Shown piece by piece: positions 1-8,908 of a stretch of 32,000 nucleotides of DNA. Location: NCBI GenBank assembly GCA_031283585.1, contig JAITBP010000011.1:30001-62000 (forward strand). Direction: 5' to 3'. Below the pieces are notes generated by a model. The model saw only the letters and a program-made list of their open reading frames with translations, searched no databases and was not told where the DNA came from. Each line of letters begins with the position of its first letter. The stretch's first letter is position 1. This stretch comes from Puniceicoccales bacterium (lineage in GTDB: Bacteria; Verrucomicrobiota; Verrucomicrobiia; Opitutales; LL51). The position numbers and the translations under genes were made by a program.

Positions 1-149
1 ATCCGGTCCATGGTATTTTGTCCTATAAAACACCGTTGGGCCAGGCGTTACTTGGTAAAAAAGTCGGAGATGTGGTGACAATTAAAATTGGCACAAAGGA
101 ACAGTCTTGGGAAGTTCAAGGTATAACTAGGTGGGTTGACCGCAAATAG
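1..149 (+). CDS. greA: Transcription elongation factor GreA/GreB family, C-terminal fragment (5' end outside window)
   Basis: Frame 3 reads PVHGILSYKTPLGQALLGKKVGDVVTIKIGTKEQSWEVQGITRWVDRK* (stop 147-149). The TPLGxALLGKKVGDxV block matches the conserved Gre C-terminal domain. It is absent from the ORF track because it has no start codon in the window. Confidence 0.7.
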   Translation, partial: PVHGILSYKTPLGQALLGKKVGDVVTIKIGTKEQSWEVQGITRWVDRK

Positions 150-151
150 TT

Positions 152-880
152 ATGAACCTGTCGCTGGGACTTAATATCATTGTTGATTTACTGTTTCCGC
201 GCTATTGTTGTTCCTGTGGTAGACTGCTTAGGGCCAGCGAGTTTCGCTACCTGTGCGACTACTGTGTTTCGCAAATATGCCGCATAACCGAACCGCTATG
301 TCTATCCTGTGGAGCTCCTTTTCACGGTTATATCGCCGATGATGGTAGGATTTGTGCCAAATGTAGGGTTAATCCTCCGAAGTTCAACAGGGCCATATCC
401 ATGTGGGTGTTCGATGGCGTTGCCCGGAAGATTATCCATGAGCTGAAGTATAAATCCGGAGAATATATGCTGCTGGACATTGAACGTATGGTTTCTCAAA
501 ACAAATCATTTATAGAACTAATTTCTTCCTCTGTTCTTGTGCCCGTGCCAATCCATTGGCGGAGACTTTTTTACCGTGGCTATAACCAAAGTGAATTGAT
601 AGCGAAGATGTTATGTAAAATTACCAAAAATTCGACGGTGAGGAATTTGTTGATCAAAAAAAAGCATAATCGGTCCCAGACGGAGCTGTCGTCGGACAAT
701 AGGGTGAGAAATGTGGCCGGGTCTTTTGCCCTGTGCAAGAAAATCGATTTGCCAAAGCATGTCAAAATTGTTATTGTAGATGATGTTATGACCACCGGCG
801 CGACGGTAAACGAGTGCGTGAAACAATTCAATGAAGAGGGCTATTATAACCTGTTTGTGGCGACACTTGCCCGGGATTGA
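152..880 (+). CDS. comF: ComF/GntX-family phosphoribosyltransferase-like protein
   Basis: 242 aa. N-terminal paired Cys motifs (CCSCG, CDYC, CLSCG, CAKC) form a double zinc ribbon, followed by a PRTase fold with the PRPP-binding motif VIVDDVMTTGAT. Starts 2 nt after the greA stop. Confidence 0.75.
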   Translation: MNLSLGLNIIVDLLFPRYCCSCGRLLRASEFRYLCDYCVSQICRITEPLCLSCGAPFHGYIADDGRICAKCRVNPPKFNRAISMWVFDGVARKIIHELKYKSGEYMLLDIERMVSQNKSFIELISSSVLVPVPIHWRRLFYRGYNQSELIAKMLCKITKNSTVRNLLIKKKHNRSQTELSSDNRVRNVAGSFALCKKIDLPKHVKIVIVDDVMTTGATVNECVKQFNEEGYYNLFVATLARD

Positions 881-3364
881 TTACTTCTTGCGGCTTTCCT
901 TGGGCTGAAACTCGAAGCCTAGTTTGCCTTCTTTGAAAATCAAAGCCGCCGAGAAAAGTCGGCCGGTTTTTTTTGATCGAAAGCCCTCTATCACGTCTGT
1001 TTTGCCATTGGCTAGAAGTTTAGCCGCCTGCTCGCGAGTTAACTCTTTCCCTAGCACATACTTACCGATTCTAAACATGCATCTGGAGGCTTTGTCTTTT
1101 TTTATGAAATTTTCGCATATGTAGGCGTTTTCATAGTCGTAGACTGTGCCGTCACAATTTTCGCACTGGCATTTTCCTATTCCCTCGTAGCTGCGCAGTC
1201 TTTCGACGGTGATCGTGGGATCGTCCATGTGTTCCAGGTTTTTTTCAAATGAAAAATTGACCTTGCCGCTATCGTCGATGATCAGTGATGCCGAGTATAA
1301 TTTACCAAGTTTGGATCGGAACCCTTCCAATGGACCAACCCTTTTATTGCGTAGTAGTTCTTCAAATTCAGAGATTGCCATCCTCCTGCTGGAAAGAGTT
1401 TTAAGCAACACTATCTTGCCATCTTGTGACCGAAAGTCCTTCAATGTTTCCTGCATTGGAAGGTTGTCGCTGGGTGATATCAGCGTCGATAGCCTTATAA
1501 TTTTGTCGGCTTCTTCAAAAAGTTTTATCTTTTCTACGATATCTTTTGTCAATGTGATAATGCCGTTGATAAATGATTCTCTATCGAGGTTGCCCTGTTC
1601 CATCTGGCGCAGTTTGTATTCCCATTCTCCGGTCATGGTAGGGCTTGATAAGACGTTGATGTTGAAGGCGTCTAAGAATGTAAACAGGTCTTCAGCTTTG
1701 GGTGTAGGCATCAGGTCTCGTTTGTTTCTTTCGATGTATTTCAGGGAAATCAGGTGATCTATTATCTGGGCCCGGGTGGCAGGAGTACCTAGGCCACGTT
1801 CCTTCATAGCCTCTGCAAGTTCTTCATCGTCAACCATTTTACCAGCACCTTCCATCATCGCCAGAAGCGTTGCCTCGGTGTATCTTGCCGGTGGTTTTGT
1901 TGCTTCTTTGACCGCATTTACTTCCAGTACATTTGCCTTGGCAGGATTTCCATCTTGTTCTGCCAAAGCTGGTATTGTTTCGGCATCCGGACCGGTCGCT
2001 GACCTTCCGTATACGGCCAGCCAGCCAGGTTCTGCCAAGACCTTACCTTCGGTCAAGAATTCCAGTTCTCCAACTTTTGATACCCTGGTTGTCACGTTAA
2101 ATTCGGCTGCCGGAAAGAAAATCGCGATGAATCTCAGCGCTATCATGGCATAAATTTTTGATTCTTCATCGGATAGCGATATGGGCTGTTTGACCGTGGG
2201 TATTATCGCAAAATGGTCGCTGATCTGTTTGTTGTTAAATATTTTTTTGTTGGTCGGGTCTACCCAGTTGTTTTTCAAGACCGTGTCTGCGAATTCTTTA
2301 AATTCCTGGCTGACGGACTCCAATACCTGGATACAGGTTTGGCTGTAGTCTTCAGGCAGTGCGTTCGAATCAGTCCGAGGATAGGTGATACATTTGTGTT
2401 TTTCGTAGAGTGATTGGGCAATATTTAATATCATGCCGGCCGGCATTCCATAGCGAGTATTTGCCTCTCGCTGCAATGTGGTCAAATCATAGAGCCGTGG
2501 AGCGTTTTGTTTTGTTCGTTTCTTTTTTTCAGATACCACGGCAACTTTGACCGCATTGACTTCATCGATTATTTGAGTTGCTTCCTCCTCGGACCACAAT
2601 CGGTCAATCCGGTCCTGGCAATCATTTTTGTTGATCTTTGGTTTATTGAATGTGCCAGTATATGAGCCGTTTGTGATGCCGAAGTTTCCGACGATTCGCC
2701 AGTAATCCCTTGGTATAAAATTGATTATCTCTCGTTCCCTGTTGCAAATCATGGATAGGGTCGGGGTTTGAACTCGCCCTACGGTTGCCACATTGCCGAT
2801 TCTTGAGCGAAACATCTTTGTTGTCACGGCCCTTGTTCCATTTATGCCAATTAGCCAGTCAGCTTCTGACCGACATTTGGCGGCATACTGCAAATTCTTC
2901 ATTTCTTCTTCATCGCGTAGATGCAGGAAGCCATCTCGTATTGATTCTGTGGTCATCGACGATAGCCACAGCCGTTTTATTATTTTTTTACAGCCGGCTA
3001 ATTCGTATATATAGGTAAAAATGAGCTCGCCCTCACGGCCGGCATCACAGGCATTTATTATTACATCTATGTCCTTGCGTGCCATGAGCTTCTTGAGCTC
3101 GTTAAATTTTTTTTTGGTCTGTTCTATGGGTTTTTTTTCAAATTTTTCCGGTAGAATTGGCAGAGTGTCGAGGGACCACTTTTTTAGGCTTGCATCGATA
3201 TCCTCTGGCATGAAAAGTTCAACCAGGTGGCCGACGGCAGAACTAACAACATACTCATTATTTTCATAAAAATCATCGTGTTTTTTAAATTCTCCGAGAA
3301 CATTTACGATGTCCCGAGCAACACTGGGTTTTTCAGCTATAACCAATTTCTTCATAATCAACAC
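881..3364 (-). CDS. topB: DNA topoisomerase III (type IA) with C-terminal Cys cluster and two topoisomerase C-terminal repeats
   Basis: 827-aa ORF. Toprim N-terminus KKLVIAEKPSVA, type IA core, and active-site Tyr motif CITYPRTDS. The C-terminus carries a CQCENC...C...C cluster flanked by two GFRSK.G..(F/Y)SA.LI repeats. The MKK start at 3355 is more likely than 3364. Confidence 0.85.
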   Translation of the reverse strand: MLIMKKLVIAEKPSVARDIVNVLGEFKKHDDFYENNEYVVSSAVGHLVELFMPEDIDASLKKWSLDTLPILPEKFEKKPIEQTKKKFNELKKLMARKDIDVIINACDAGREGELIFTYIYELAGCKKIIKRLWLSSMTTESIRDGFLHLRDEEEMKNLQYAAKCRSEADWLIGINGTRAVTTKMFRSRIGNVATVGRVQTPTLSMICNREREIINFIPRDYWRIVGNFGITNGSYTGTFNKPKINKNDCQDRIDRLWSEEEATQIIDEVNAVKVAVVSEKKKRTKQNAPRLYDLTTLQREANTRYGMPAGMILNIAQSLYEKHKCITYPRTDSNALPEDYSQTCIQVLESVSQEFKEFADTVLKNNWVDPTNKKIFNNKQISDHFAIIPTVKQPISLSDEESKIYAMIALRFIAIFFPAAEFNVTTRVSKVGELEFLTEGKVLAEPGWLAVYGRSATGPDAETIPALAEQDGNPAKANVLEVNAVKEATKPPARYTEATLLAMMEGAGKMVDDEELAEAMKERGLGTPATRAQIIDHLISLKYIERNKRDLMPTPKAEDLFTFLDAFNINVLSSPTMTGEWEYKLRQMEQGNLDRESFINGIITLTKDIVEKIKLFEEADKIIRLSTLISPSDNLPMQETLKDFRSQDGKIVLLKTLSSRRMAISEFEELLRNKRVGPLEGFRSKLGKLYSASLIIDDSGKVNFSFEKNLEHMDDPTITVERLRSYEGIGKCQCENCDGTVYDYENAYICENFIKKDKASRCMFRIGKYVLGKELTREQAAKLLANGKTDVIEGFRSKKTGRLFSAALIFKEGKLGFEFQPKESRKK

Positions 3365-3450
3365 AACGCTATTATAGATCAGCTAGAGGTAGGCCTAAAA
3401 TAAACGCCATTAGTACACCGGTAATAAATAATATAATTTGAATAATTCAA

Positions 3451-4077
3451 TCAATTTAAGTTATTGTTTTTTACCAATTTTTCGCAATGTTTACTATTTG
3501 TGGAAAATTTGTTAGCATAGTATTCATATATGCAGCTGGAAACCCAGCCGGCGATATATCCGCATATTATGCCACCAAGGGATATGGTCGAAAAACATCG
3601 GAAAACCCGTTCTCCTCCGTTTATAATATCGCCCATGCTATTGATCGATAGGCCAAGGTTGTCATAGCTCTGTTCGATAGACTTAAGGTGTTCAGTACCA
3701 AATATATTTGTAACAAAGTAACCGACCTTGTAATCCAGCCACCATAGGAATGGTACGGTGAATGGTGTGGAAACGAATTGCAATGCTACAAGGATCATGA
3801 TGTTGGCCCGAAACAACAGCGAAAGTATACAGGCTATGATGATTTGACCGCCCATCACCGGAAGCATGGTCAATACCCAGCCAGCATATAATGCCGGTAC
3901 GGCTTCAGTGACTCGAAATGACCATAGGTAGGAACGTTTTCTGGCCGAATTGGCGAACCTTCCGATGACTGGATATTTATGTATGGTTGCCTTTCGTGGC
4001 ATGTATTTAAATATTTTTTTGATCCATCGAATTCGTTTATGTCTATTTTTTTTGAAAATTTCGTCGCCATTTGACAT
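3451..4077 (-). CDS. DUF2062-family integral membrane protein
   Basis: 208 aa. A basic N-terminus is followed by the pattern R..LW...R.....A.AG......P..G.Q......L..L.R.N......L....TP.T.P......YKVG, which I recognise as DUF2062. Three or more hydrophobic helices. Confidence 0.6.
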   Translation of the reverse strand: MSNGDEIFKKNRHKRIRWIKKIFKYMPRKATIHKYPVIGRFANSARKRSYLWSFRVTEAVPALYAGWVLTMLPVMGGQIIIACILSLLFRANIMILVALQFVSTPFTVPFLWWLDYKVGYFVTNIFGTEHLKSIEQSYDNLGLSINSMGDIINGGERVFRCFSTISLGGIICGYIAGWVSSCIYEYYANKFSTNSKHCEKLVKNNNLN

Positions 4078-4155
4078 GGTGTAATTAAATAGTAAATAGA
4101 GTTGTTAACAATAAGAAATATGACTGCCATACATGTTTAATGCCAGAAACAGCTC

Positions 4156-4183
4156 TTGACAAACCGACACTAAGCTTCAGATT
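4156..4183 (+). promoter_or_regulatory. Putative sigma70-type promoter for tRNA-Asp (TTGACA-16 nt-CAGATT)
   Basis: Perfect -35 TTGACA at 4156-4161, a 16-nt spacer, and CAGATT at 4178-4183, about 15 nt upstream of the mature tRNA 5' end. Hexamer and spacing match the promoter-like element in front of the Lys-Thr-Thr tRNA cluster. Confidence 0.3.
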
Positions 4184-4197
4184 TCAAACATTGGCCG

Positions 4198-4274
4198 GGG
4201 GTAGTAGCTCAATTGGTTAGAGCGCCTGCCTGTCACGCAGGAGGTCGCGGGTTCGAGTCCCGTCTATCCCGCCA
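4198..4274 (+). tRNA. tRNA-Asp (anticodon GTC), CCA encoded
   Basis: Hand-folded cloverleaf. Acceptor GGGGTAG/CTATCCC, D arm GCTC-AATTGGTTA-GAGC, anticodon arm CCTGC-CTGTCAC-GCAGG, T arm GCGGG-TTCGAGT-CCCGT, discriminator G plus CCA. Confidence 0.9.
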
Positions 4275-4541
4275 GAGTAGGATCTCGTCCTAGCTACTAA
4301 AGTTTCGTGTTGTTGCTCATTTTTGAGATATGGCCGTAGGGTATGATGGTGTGTTTGGTGTTGTAACCAATCAGCCGATGGCCAAGCTATTTTAAACATT
4401 CTTCGATACTATTAGCCATTTCTAGTCAAATGTGATTAGTATAGGGATGATAATTTTATACAGGTGAAGTCGGTGGCCATGCTGAATTATGTAAGGAACT
4501 ATTGAATCCATCGAATATTGGTATATCTGTATAAATCTTAC

Positions 4542-4615
4542 TGGCTGCCCGGCTAGGATTCGAACCTAGACAAACGGAGTCAGAGTCCGTCGTGCTACCA
4601 TTACACAACCAGGCA
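4542..4615 (-). tRNA. tRNA-Gln (anticodon CTG), CCA encoded
   Basis: The reverse complement folds as acceptor TGCCTGG/CCGGGCA (U1:A72, typical of bacterial tRNA-Gln), anticodon arm ACGGA-CTCTGAC-TCCGT, T arm CTAGG-TTCGAAT-CCTAG, then G+CCA. Confidence 0.9.
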
Positions 4616-4742
4616 ATAACTGCACCCACGACTAATATAAGTACTATTGATTTCAAGTTGTAATTATTGTAAGTGTAAATAATTATATATTTATGAATAA
4701 ATTTCTTGATAATATCTGACCTAATTTTATGCTTAGTATTGT

Positions 4743-5063
4743 ATGGATGAGAGTGGAAATAAATGTTTAGTTACAGTATATCTTAACAAGGTTGAAAAAA
4801 GTAATGTTATTCGTGGTGAATTTAATAAACTTGGGTTACATAATTCATTTACGCGCGACGGTAAGGTCTACGATTTGCCGGATAATATGTACGTAAAATC
4901 TACGGTTGGAAATAATCAAGATGCCATAAGAGATGCGGTACTAGATGATGTTAACAAGGCTATGCAGTCGAAAGGGTTAAGCGATTGCAGCATAGGCGTT
5001 TTTGTTGGCAAAGATTGGACCAAAGACGCCATAGTAGATTATAACAAGGGTGATAAAGTATAG
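4743..5063 (+). CDS. Hypothetical small protein (106 aa); very tentative VapD/Cas2-like beta-alpha-beta-beta-alpha-beta layout
   Basis: Intact ORF in an AT-rich stretch next to tRNA-Gln. No signal peptide or TM segment. Loose resemblance to the VapD pattern (KLGL..F.R.G.VY ... A.......V...M ... GVFVGKDWTKD versus FGF.RTQGS.Y ... RAFR.E.WSDFT). I could not verify this. Confidence 0.4.
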   Translation: MDESGNKCLVTVYLNKVEKSNVIRGEFNKLGLHNSFTRDGKVYDLPDNMYVKSTVGNNQDAIRDAVLDDVNKAMQSKGLSDCSIGVFVGKDWTKDAIVDYNKGDKV

Positions 5064-5072
5064 TAGCCAAAA

Positions 5073-5789
5073 TCATGGCTGTTTTGGCTTTCTCCTTGAA
5101 CGTGTTATTTTGACTTCGGGGCTGGAATTACTTGCTAGCATAATAGGTGTCACGTTGTCTGAAATAATTCCAGCTGTGCTTGGGTTCGCTTTACCTGGGT
5201 TTTTGTTAGTATTCTTAACTAGTTCGGTCGACATTTTTTTCAGCGCTTCTTCCTTTATAGAGTCCAAAATAGTATTATTGTGCTTGTCATTGCGTTTTTC
5301 TAATTTTATTGTAGCTCCCTTTGTAGACAGCTTTGGGAATGTAAATGTCATTAGTTTACCGTTACATTCGGCGATATAGTTACATAGCTTATCTCGGAAC
5401 ATTTCCAAATATTGAGGTGGTTTTTTTTCGATGGTTCCAGATGTGTATAGTATTTTTGCCGATGGTGACAGGGAATCTTTACAGATTTCATTTCCTATTA
5501 CCACATGATCCTTGGCTTCGGAGATCGGCACAACACATATGGCCGGGTTACCATTCCTAAGGCCTTCGACCATAATTGTTCCACTGTCAGCTTTTATTGC
5601 CGAAGAATCGAAGAGTCGTATTTCACTTTTCTTGTTATCTGGTTCGAAGATTATGGCATCACCATTCTGTAAAATCAATTCCTGATCTTCTGCCAGCGAT
5701 GCCGGTTTATTTATCACCAAATCCCTGGCAAATGATATGCCCCCAAAAACCCCAAATAGAGTACACAAAACAAATATTTTCCTTTCCAT
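5073..5789 (-). CDS. Hypothetical secreted protein (signal peptide)
   Basis: The ORF track gives 5073..5876. The Met at 5789 yields MERKIFVLCTLFGVFGGISFA|RD, a classic Sec signal peptide. The longer form would overlap the gpmI upstream region. No recognisable domain; basic C-terminus RSRRKPKQP. Confidence 0.5.
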   Translation of the reverse strand: MERKIFVLCTLFGVFGGISFARDLVINKPASLAEDQELILQNGDAIIFEPDNKKSEIRLFDSSAIKADSGTIMVEGLRNGNPAICVVPISEAKDHVVIGNEICKDSLSPSAKILYTSGTIEKKPPQYLEMFRDKLCNYIAECNGKLMTFTFPKLSTKGATIKLEKRNDKHNNTILDSIKEEALKKMSTELVKNTNKNPGKANPSTAGIISDNVTPIMLASNSSPEVKITRSRRKPKQP

Positions 5790-5951
5790 ATTCCAAATCC
5801 AGGTTACACAACCTAATCTGTTTCTAAGTGTTATGAAAAAAAGCAAAAGATCAATAGTAATTTTTTGGTGAAACAATCCATGGATCGGTTTGTTTTAATA
5901 ATTATAAATAAAATACTCGCTAGAAGAATCAAGGGCATTAAACTGTCATTC

Positions 5952-7532
5952 ATGGGGTCAGTTAATAGGCCAGTGATTTTAGTGATTCGTGATGGCTGGG
6001 GAGAATCGCAGGACGATACACTCGATAGATGGAATGCTATTAAGCATGGCAATGCCAGGTTTCACGATAATGTTCTAAGTTCTTGGCCCTGTGTGGAATT
6101 GGCAGCCTGTGGGCTGGATGTTGGGTTGCCAGAAGGAATTATGGGAAACAGCGAGGTTGGTCATCAAAACATTGGTGCCGGACGGATTGTGGATCAGGAA
6201 ATTGTCAGGATTGATAAGGCCTTTGCCAGCGGGACAGCGAGTGGTTTGCCTGCCCTGAGAAATGCGCTGGCGAATGTGATCAAAAATGATTCAAAGCTGC
6301 ATTTGTTTGGGCTATGCTCGGATGGAGGCGTTCACTCCATGTTGAGGCATTTATATTCCCTGCTCACTATATCGAAAGCCGCTGGGCTCAAAGATGTTTG
6401 CATACATTTTTTTGCCGATGGCCGTGACACTCCACCGAAGAGCGGCAGGGATTTTTTAAAAGAACTGGAGGCCAGGTGCAAAGAGATTGGTATTGGGACT
6501 GTTGAAACAGTGATAGGCAGGTTTTGGGCGATGGACAGGGACAATAGATGGGCTAGGGTAGAGAAAGCATATAGTTGTCTCACAGGAGGTTATGCAAAAA
6601 AGGCCAGTAATGCAATGGAGGCAATTGAAGATTATTACCAAAACCCATTGGAAAAATCTCAGACCGGCGATGAATTTATTACGCCAACCCAGATAGTAGG
6701 AGCAGACGGAGTGTTTGACGGTGCCGTTGAAGATGGGGATTCGGTGGTGTTTTTCAATTTTAGAGGTGACCGGCCACGGGAATTGACCCGGGCGTTTATA
6801 GATGATGAATTTCAGCATTTCGATAGAGGCCGTAAGCTGGATTTATTTTATGCAACGATGACCGAATACGAAAGCGACTTGTGCAGCAATGTGATATTTG
6901 AGCGGAACCAAAAGATGAAGAATATCCTGGGGTCCTATGTTAGTGACCTTGGCATCAGGCAGTTTCGGTGTGCTGAGACGGAGAAATATGCCCATGTGAC
7001 ATTTTTTTTCAATGACTATAGAGAGGAGCCATTTCCATTGGAAGATAGGAAGCTGATACCGAGTCCAAATGACGTGCCAACCTATGACAAGGTGCCGGCA
7101 ATGAGTGCGTTAGCAGTCAAAGATGCTGTTATCGAAGCATTGAAATCAGAAAAATATGGATTGATCGTTGTCAATTTTGCCAACACCGATATGGTTGGGC
7201 ACACCGGCAATTTTGAGGCTGCAAAACAGGCTGTGGCTGTGGTTGATTCCTGCGTGGAACAAATCTGTATGACGGTGGACAGGGTAAATGCCATTGCTGT
7301 GATAACCGCTGATCACGGAAATTCTGAACAGATGTGGGATCCAAAAAATAATGTTCCGCATACACAACATACTTTAAATCCAGTAAAATTAACGATTTAT
7401 GGCAATGGCTGCAACTCTTTGAAGTTAAGGAAAACCGGGCGGTTGGCAGACATTGCACCCACGGTTTTGCAATTAATGAACTTGCCAAGTCCGCCGGAAA
7501 TGACAGGTAATTCTCTTATAATAGAAAGCTAA
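5952..7532 (+). CDS. gpmI: 2,3-bisphosphoglycerate-independent phosphoglycerate mutase
   Basis: Motifs VIRDGWG, MGNSEVGHQNIGAGR, FADGRDTPP, NFANTDMVGHTG and ITADHGNSE. The ATG at 5952 (MGSVNRPVILVIRDGWG) fits the family N-terminus better than the TTG at 5865. Confidence 0.9.
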   Translation: MGSVNRPVILVIRDGWGESQDDTLDRWNAIKHGNARFHDNVLSSWPCVELAACGLDVGLPEGIMGNSEVGHQNIGAGRIVDQEIVRIDKAFASGTASGLPALRNALANVIKNDSKLHLFGLCSDGGVHSMLRHLYSLLTISKAAGLKDVCIHFFADGRDTPPKSGRDFLKELEARCKEIGIGTVETVIGRFWAMDRDNRWARVEKAYSCLTGGYAKKASNAMEAIEDYYQNPLEKSQTGDEFITPTQIVGADGVFDGAVEDGDSVVFFNFRGDRPRELTRAFIDDEFQHFDRGRKLDLFYATMTEYESDLCSNVIFERNQKMKNILGSYVSDLGIRQFRCAETEKYAHVTFFFNDYREEPFPLEDRKLIPSPNDVPTYDKVPAMSALAVKDAVIEALKSEKYGLIVVNFANTDMVGHTGNFEAAKQAVAVVDSCVEQICMTVDRVNAIAVITADHGNSEQMWDPKNNVPHTQHTLNPVKLTIYGNGCNSLKLRKTGRLADIAPTVLQLMNLPSPPEMTGNSLIIES

Positions 7533-7534
7533 CT

Positions 7535-8398
7535 ATGAGTTGTGCATGTATGCAATCGGTAGATTTATTTGTACATTCTAACTTGTTTTATCTGTTAGTG
7601 TTTATGGTTGGTGCCTGTGTCGGAAGTTTTTCCTGTGTGTGCATCACAAGGATACCGAAGGGTGAATCCATAATTTTCCCTCGGTCCCATTGTGTCTGCG
7701 GTAAAATTATCCCGGCATGGCTGAACATTCCGATTATCAGTTGGTTGATCCTTAGAGCCAAGGCCAGGTGCTGTGGAGCTGGTATAAGTGTTGGTTATTT
7801 TGCCATAGAAGTTCTTGTGGCTGTGCTATTTACGATCTTATGGCATGTTACCCAATCAGCTTTATTTGTGGTTGGTTCGATTTTGTTCGTTATTTTAGTC
7901 ATAGCTTTGGGTATAGACTTCGATAGGATGATGATTCCAGATTCGCTTACCGTTGGCGGGACGATGGTTGGTATTATTGTAAGTGGTCTTTTACCGTGGT
8001 TCGTGAGTTCTGGCGGTGTGTTTTGTGGAGTTTTAGAGTCGGTAAAAGGTCTGCTGATAGGCTCGAGTTTGTTACTGTGGATCGCGATAATATCTGAATT
8101 TATACTTAAAAAAGAAACCATAGGCTTTGGCGATGTTAAGCTGATGGGTTGCATAGGTGCGTTCTCTGGTACAAATTGTGCTATATTTTCCATTTTTGGT
8201 GGCGCAGTGATTGGGTTGGTTACCCTGTTCCCAATTTGGGCTATCCATTGTAAGCTCAACAATAAACCTCTGGGCATGGGATGCCAGTTACCTTTTGGAC
8301 CGTTCCTTGCACTGGGAGCCATATCCTACTGGTTATTTTTTAAAGAGGCCGTCGACAGCAGTTTTTCAGAAATGATGATGCTGCTATCCCAGGTCTAG
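7535..8398 (+). CDS. pilD: A24-family prepilin (type IV pilin / T2SS pseudopilin) leader peptidase
   Basis: Multi-TM protein with the N-terminal Cys motifs SHCVCG....NIP and RAKARCCG, and both catalytic Asp motifs (IDFDRMMIPD and GFGDVKLMG). Starts 2 nt after the gpmI stop. Confidence 0.85.
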   Translation: MSCACMQSVDLFVHSNLFYLLVFMVGACVGSFSCVCITRIPKGESIIFPRSHCVCGKIIPAWLNIPIISWLILRAKARCCGAGISVGYFAIEVLVAVLFTILWHVTQSALFVVGSILFVILVIALGIDFDRMMIPDSLTVGGTMVGIIVSGLLPWFVSSGGVFCGVLESVKGLLIGSSLLLWIAIISEFILKKETIGFGDVKLMGCIGAFSGTNCAIFSIFGGAVIGLVTLFPIWAIHCKLNNKPLGMGCQLPFGPFLALGAISYWLFFKEAVDSSFSEMMMLLSQV

Positions 8399-8748
8399 AA
8401 TGTAGGCGTTATGTTGTTATCCTCGCCGGCATTTGCGGTGAAATTTTCGCCCTGGCACCAGGTGGAATCATTGATGAGCAATTTATACTGAAAATTAGTG
8501 CATTTCTTAGAGCTAGCGACCCATGTCCAGATGTTATTGCCGTTGTTTTTCATTGGGATACCTTTTGTCCAGCTTAGGCCATCGCCTTCTCCTCGGATAT
8601 ATAGAGTATTGCCCCAACCGACGTCAATGTTGGCGAATATTTTTGTTGCATTGTCTTTGGTTTTGACGATGGAGTTTGGTTTTTTCACAGCTTTGCTGTC
8701 ATCGGTAGGTTTAGGTCCGGTCATTGATTTAGCCACAGTTTTAATCAT
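8395..8748 (-). CDS. Small stand-alone carbohydrate-binding-module-like protein (CBM20/starch-binding-like beta-sandwich)
   Basis: 117 aa. A Lys-rich N-terminal tail is followed by GNTLYIRGEGDGLSWTKGIPM....NIWTW.......FQYKLLIND.TWCQGENFT, resembling the G..(L/V)Y(I/V).G....LG.W...........W.......(F/Y).YK......WE.G.N signature of CBM20. No signal peptide. Confidence 0.45.
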   Translation of the reverse strand: MIKTVAKSMTGPKPTDDSKAVKKPNSIVKTKDNATKIFANIDVGWGNTLYIRGEGDGLSWTKGIPMKNNGNNIWTWVASSKKCTNFQYKLLINDSTWCQGENFTANAGEDNNITPTF

Positions 8749-8843
8749 TCTATTAAAAAGATGCGATTATTCAAGAAGAAGATTTTGATTTGTGAAAACT
8801 TCGGCTAAAAACTAAAAAGTATCAATGATGCCGGGAATATTAT

Positions 8844-8884
8844 GTTTTTTCCGTTTTTCCGTTTTTCCGTTTTTCAGGTTTTGG
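8844..8884. repeat. Tandem 8-nt G-T5-CC repeat, about 4.5 copies
   Basis: GTTTTTTCC GTTTTTCC GTTTTTCC GTTTTTCA GGTTTTGG, read directly. Lies in the divergent intergenic region between the CBM-like gene and the small-basic-protein gene. Confidence 0.8.
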
Positions 8885-8908
8885 TATTTAAAATTAGTCA
8901 TTTTTAGC

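Noticed and set aside
4217-4656. ORFs 4217..4399 and 4456..4656 (minus strand).
   Set aside because: Each overlaps a tRNA gene (Asp and Gln respectively), and the remainder lies in AT-rich spacer with no coding features.
8844-8884. Could the 8-nt tandem repeats be a CRISPR array or a minisatellite-encoded peptide?
   Set aside because: The units are only 8 nt with no spacers and no cas genes. They are too short and T-rich for CRISPR, and no open frame with a start covers them.
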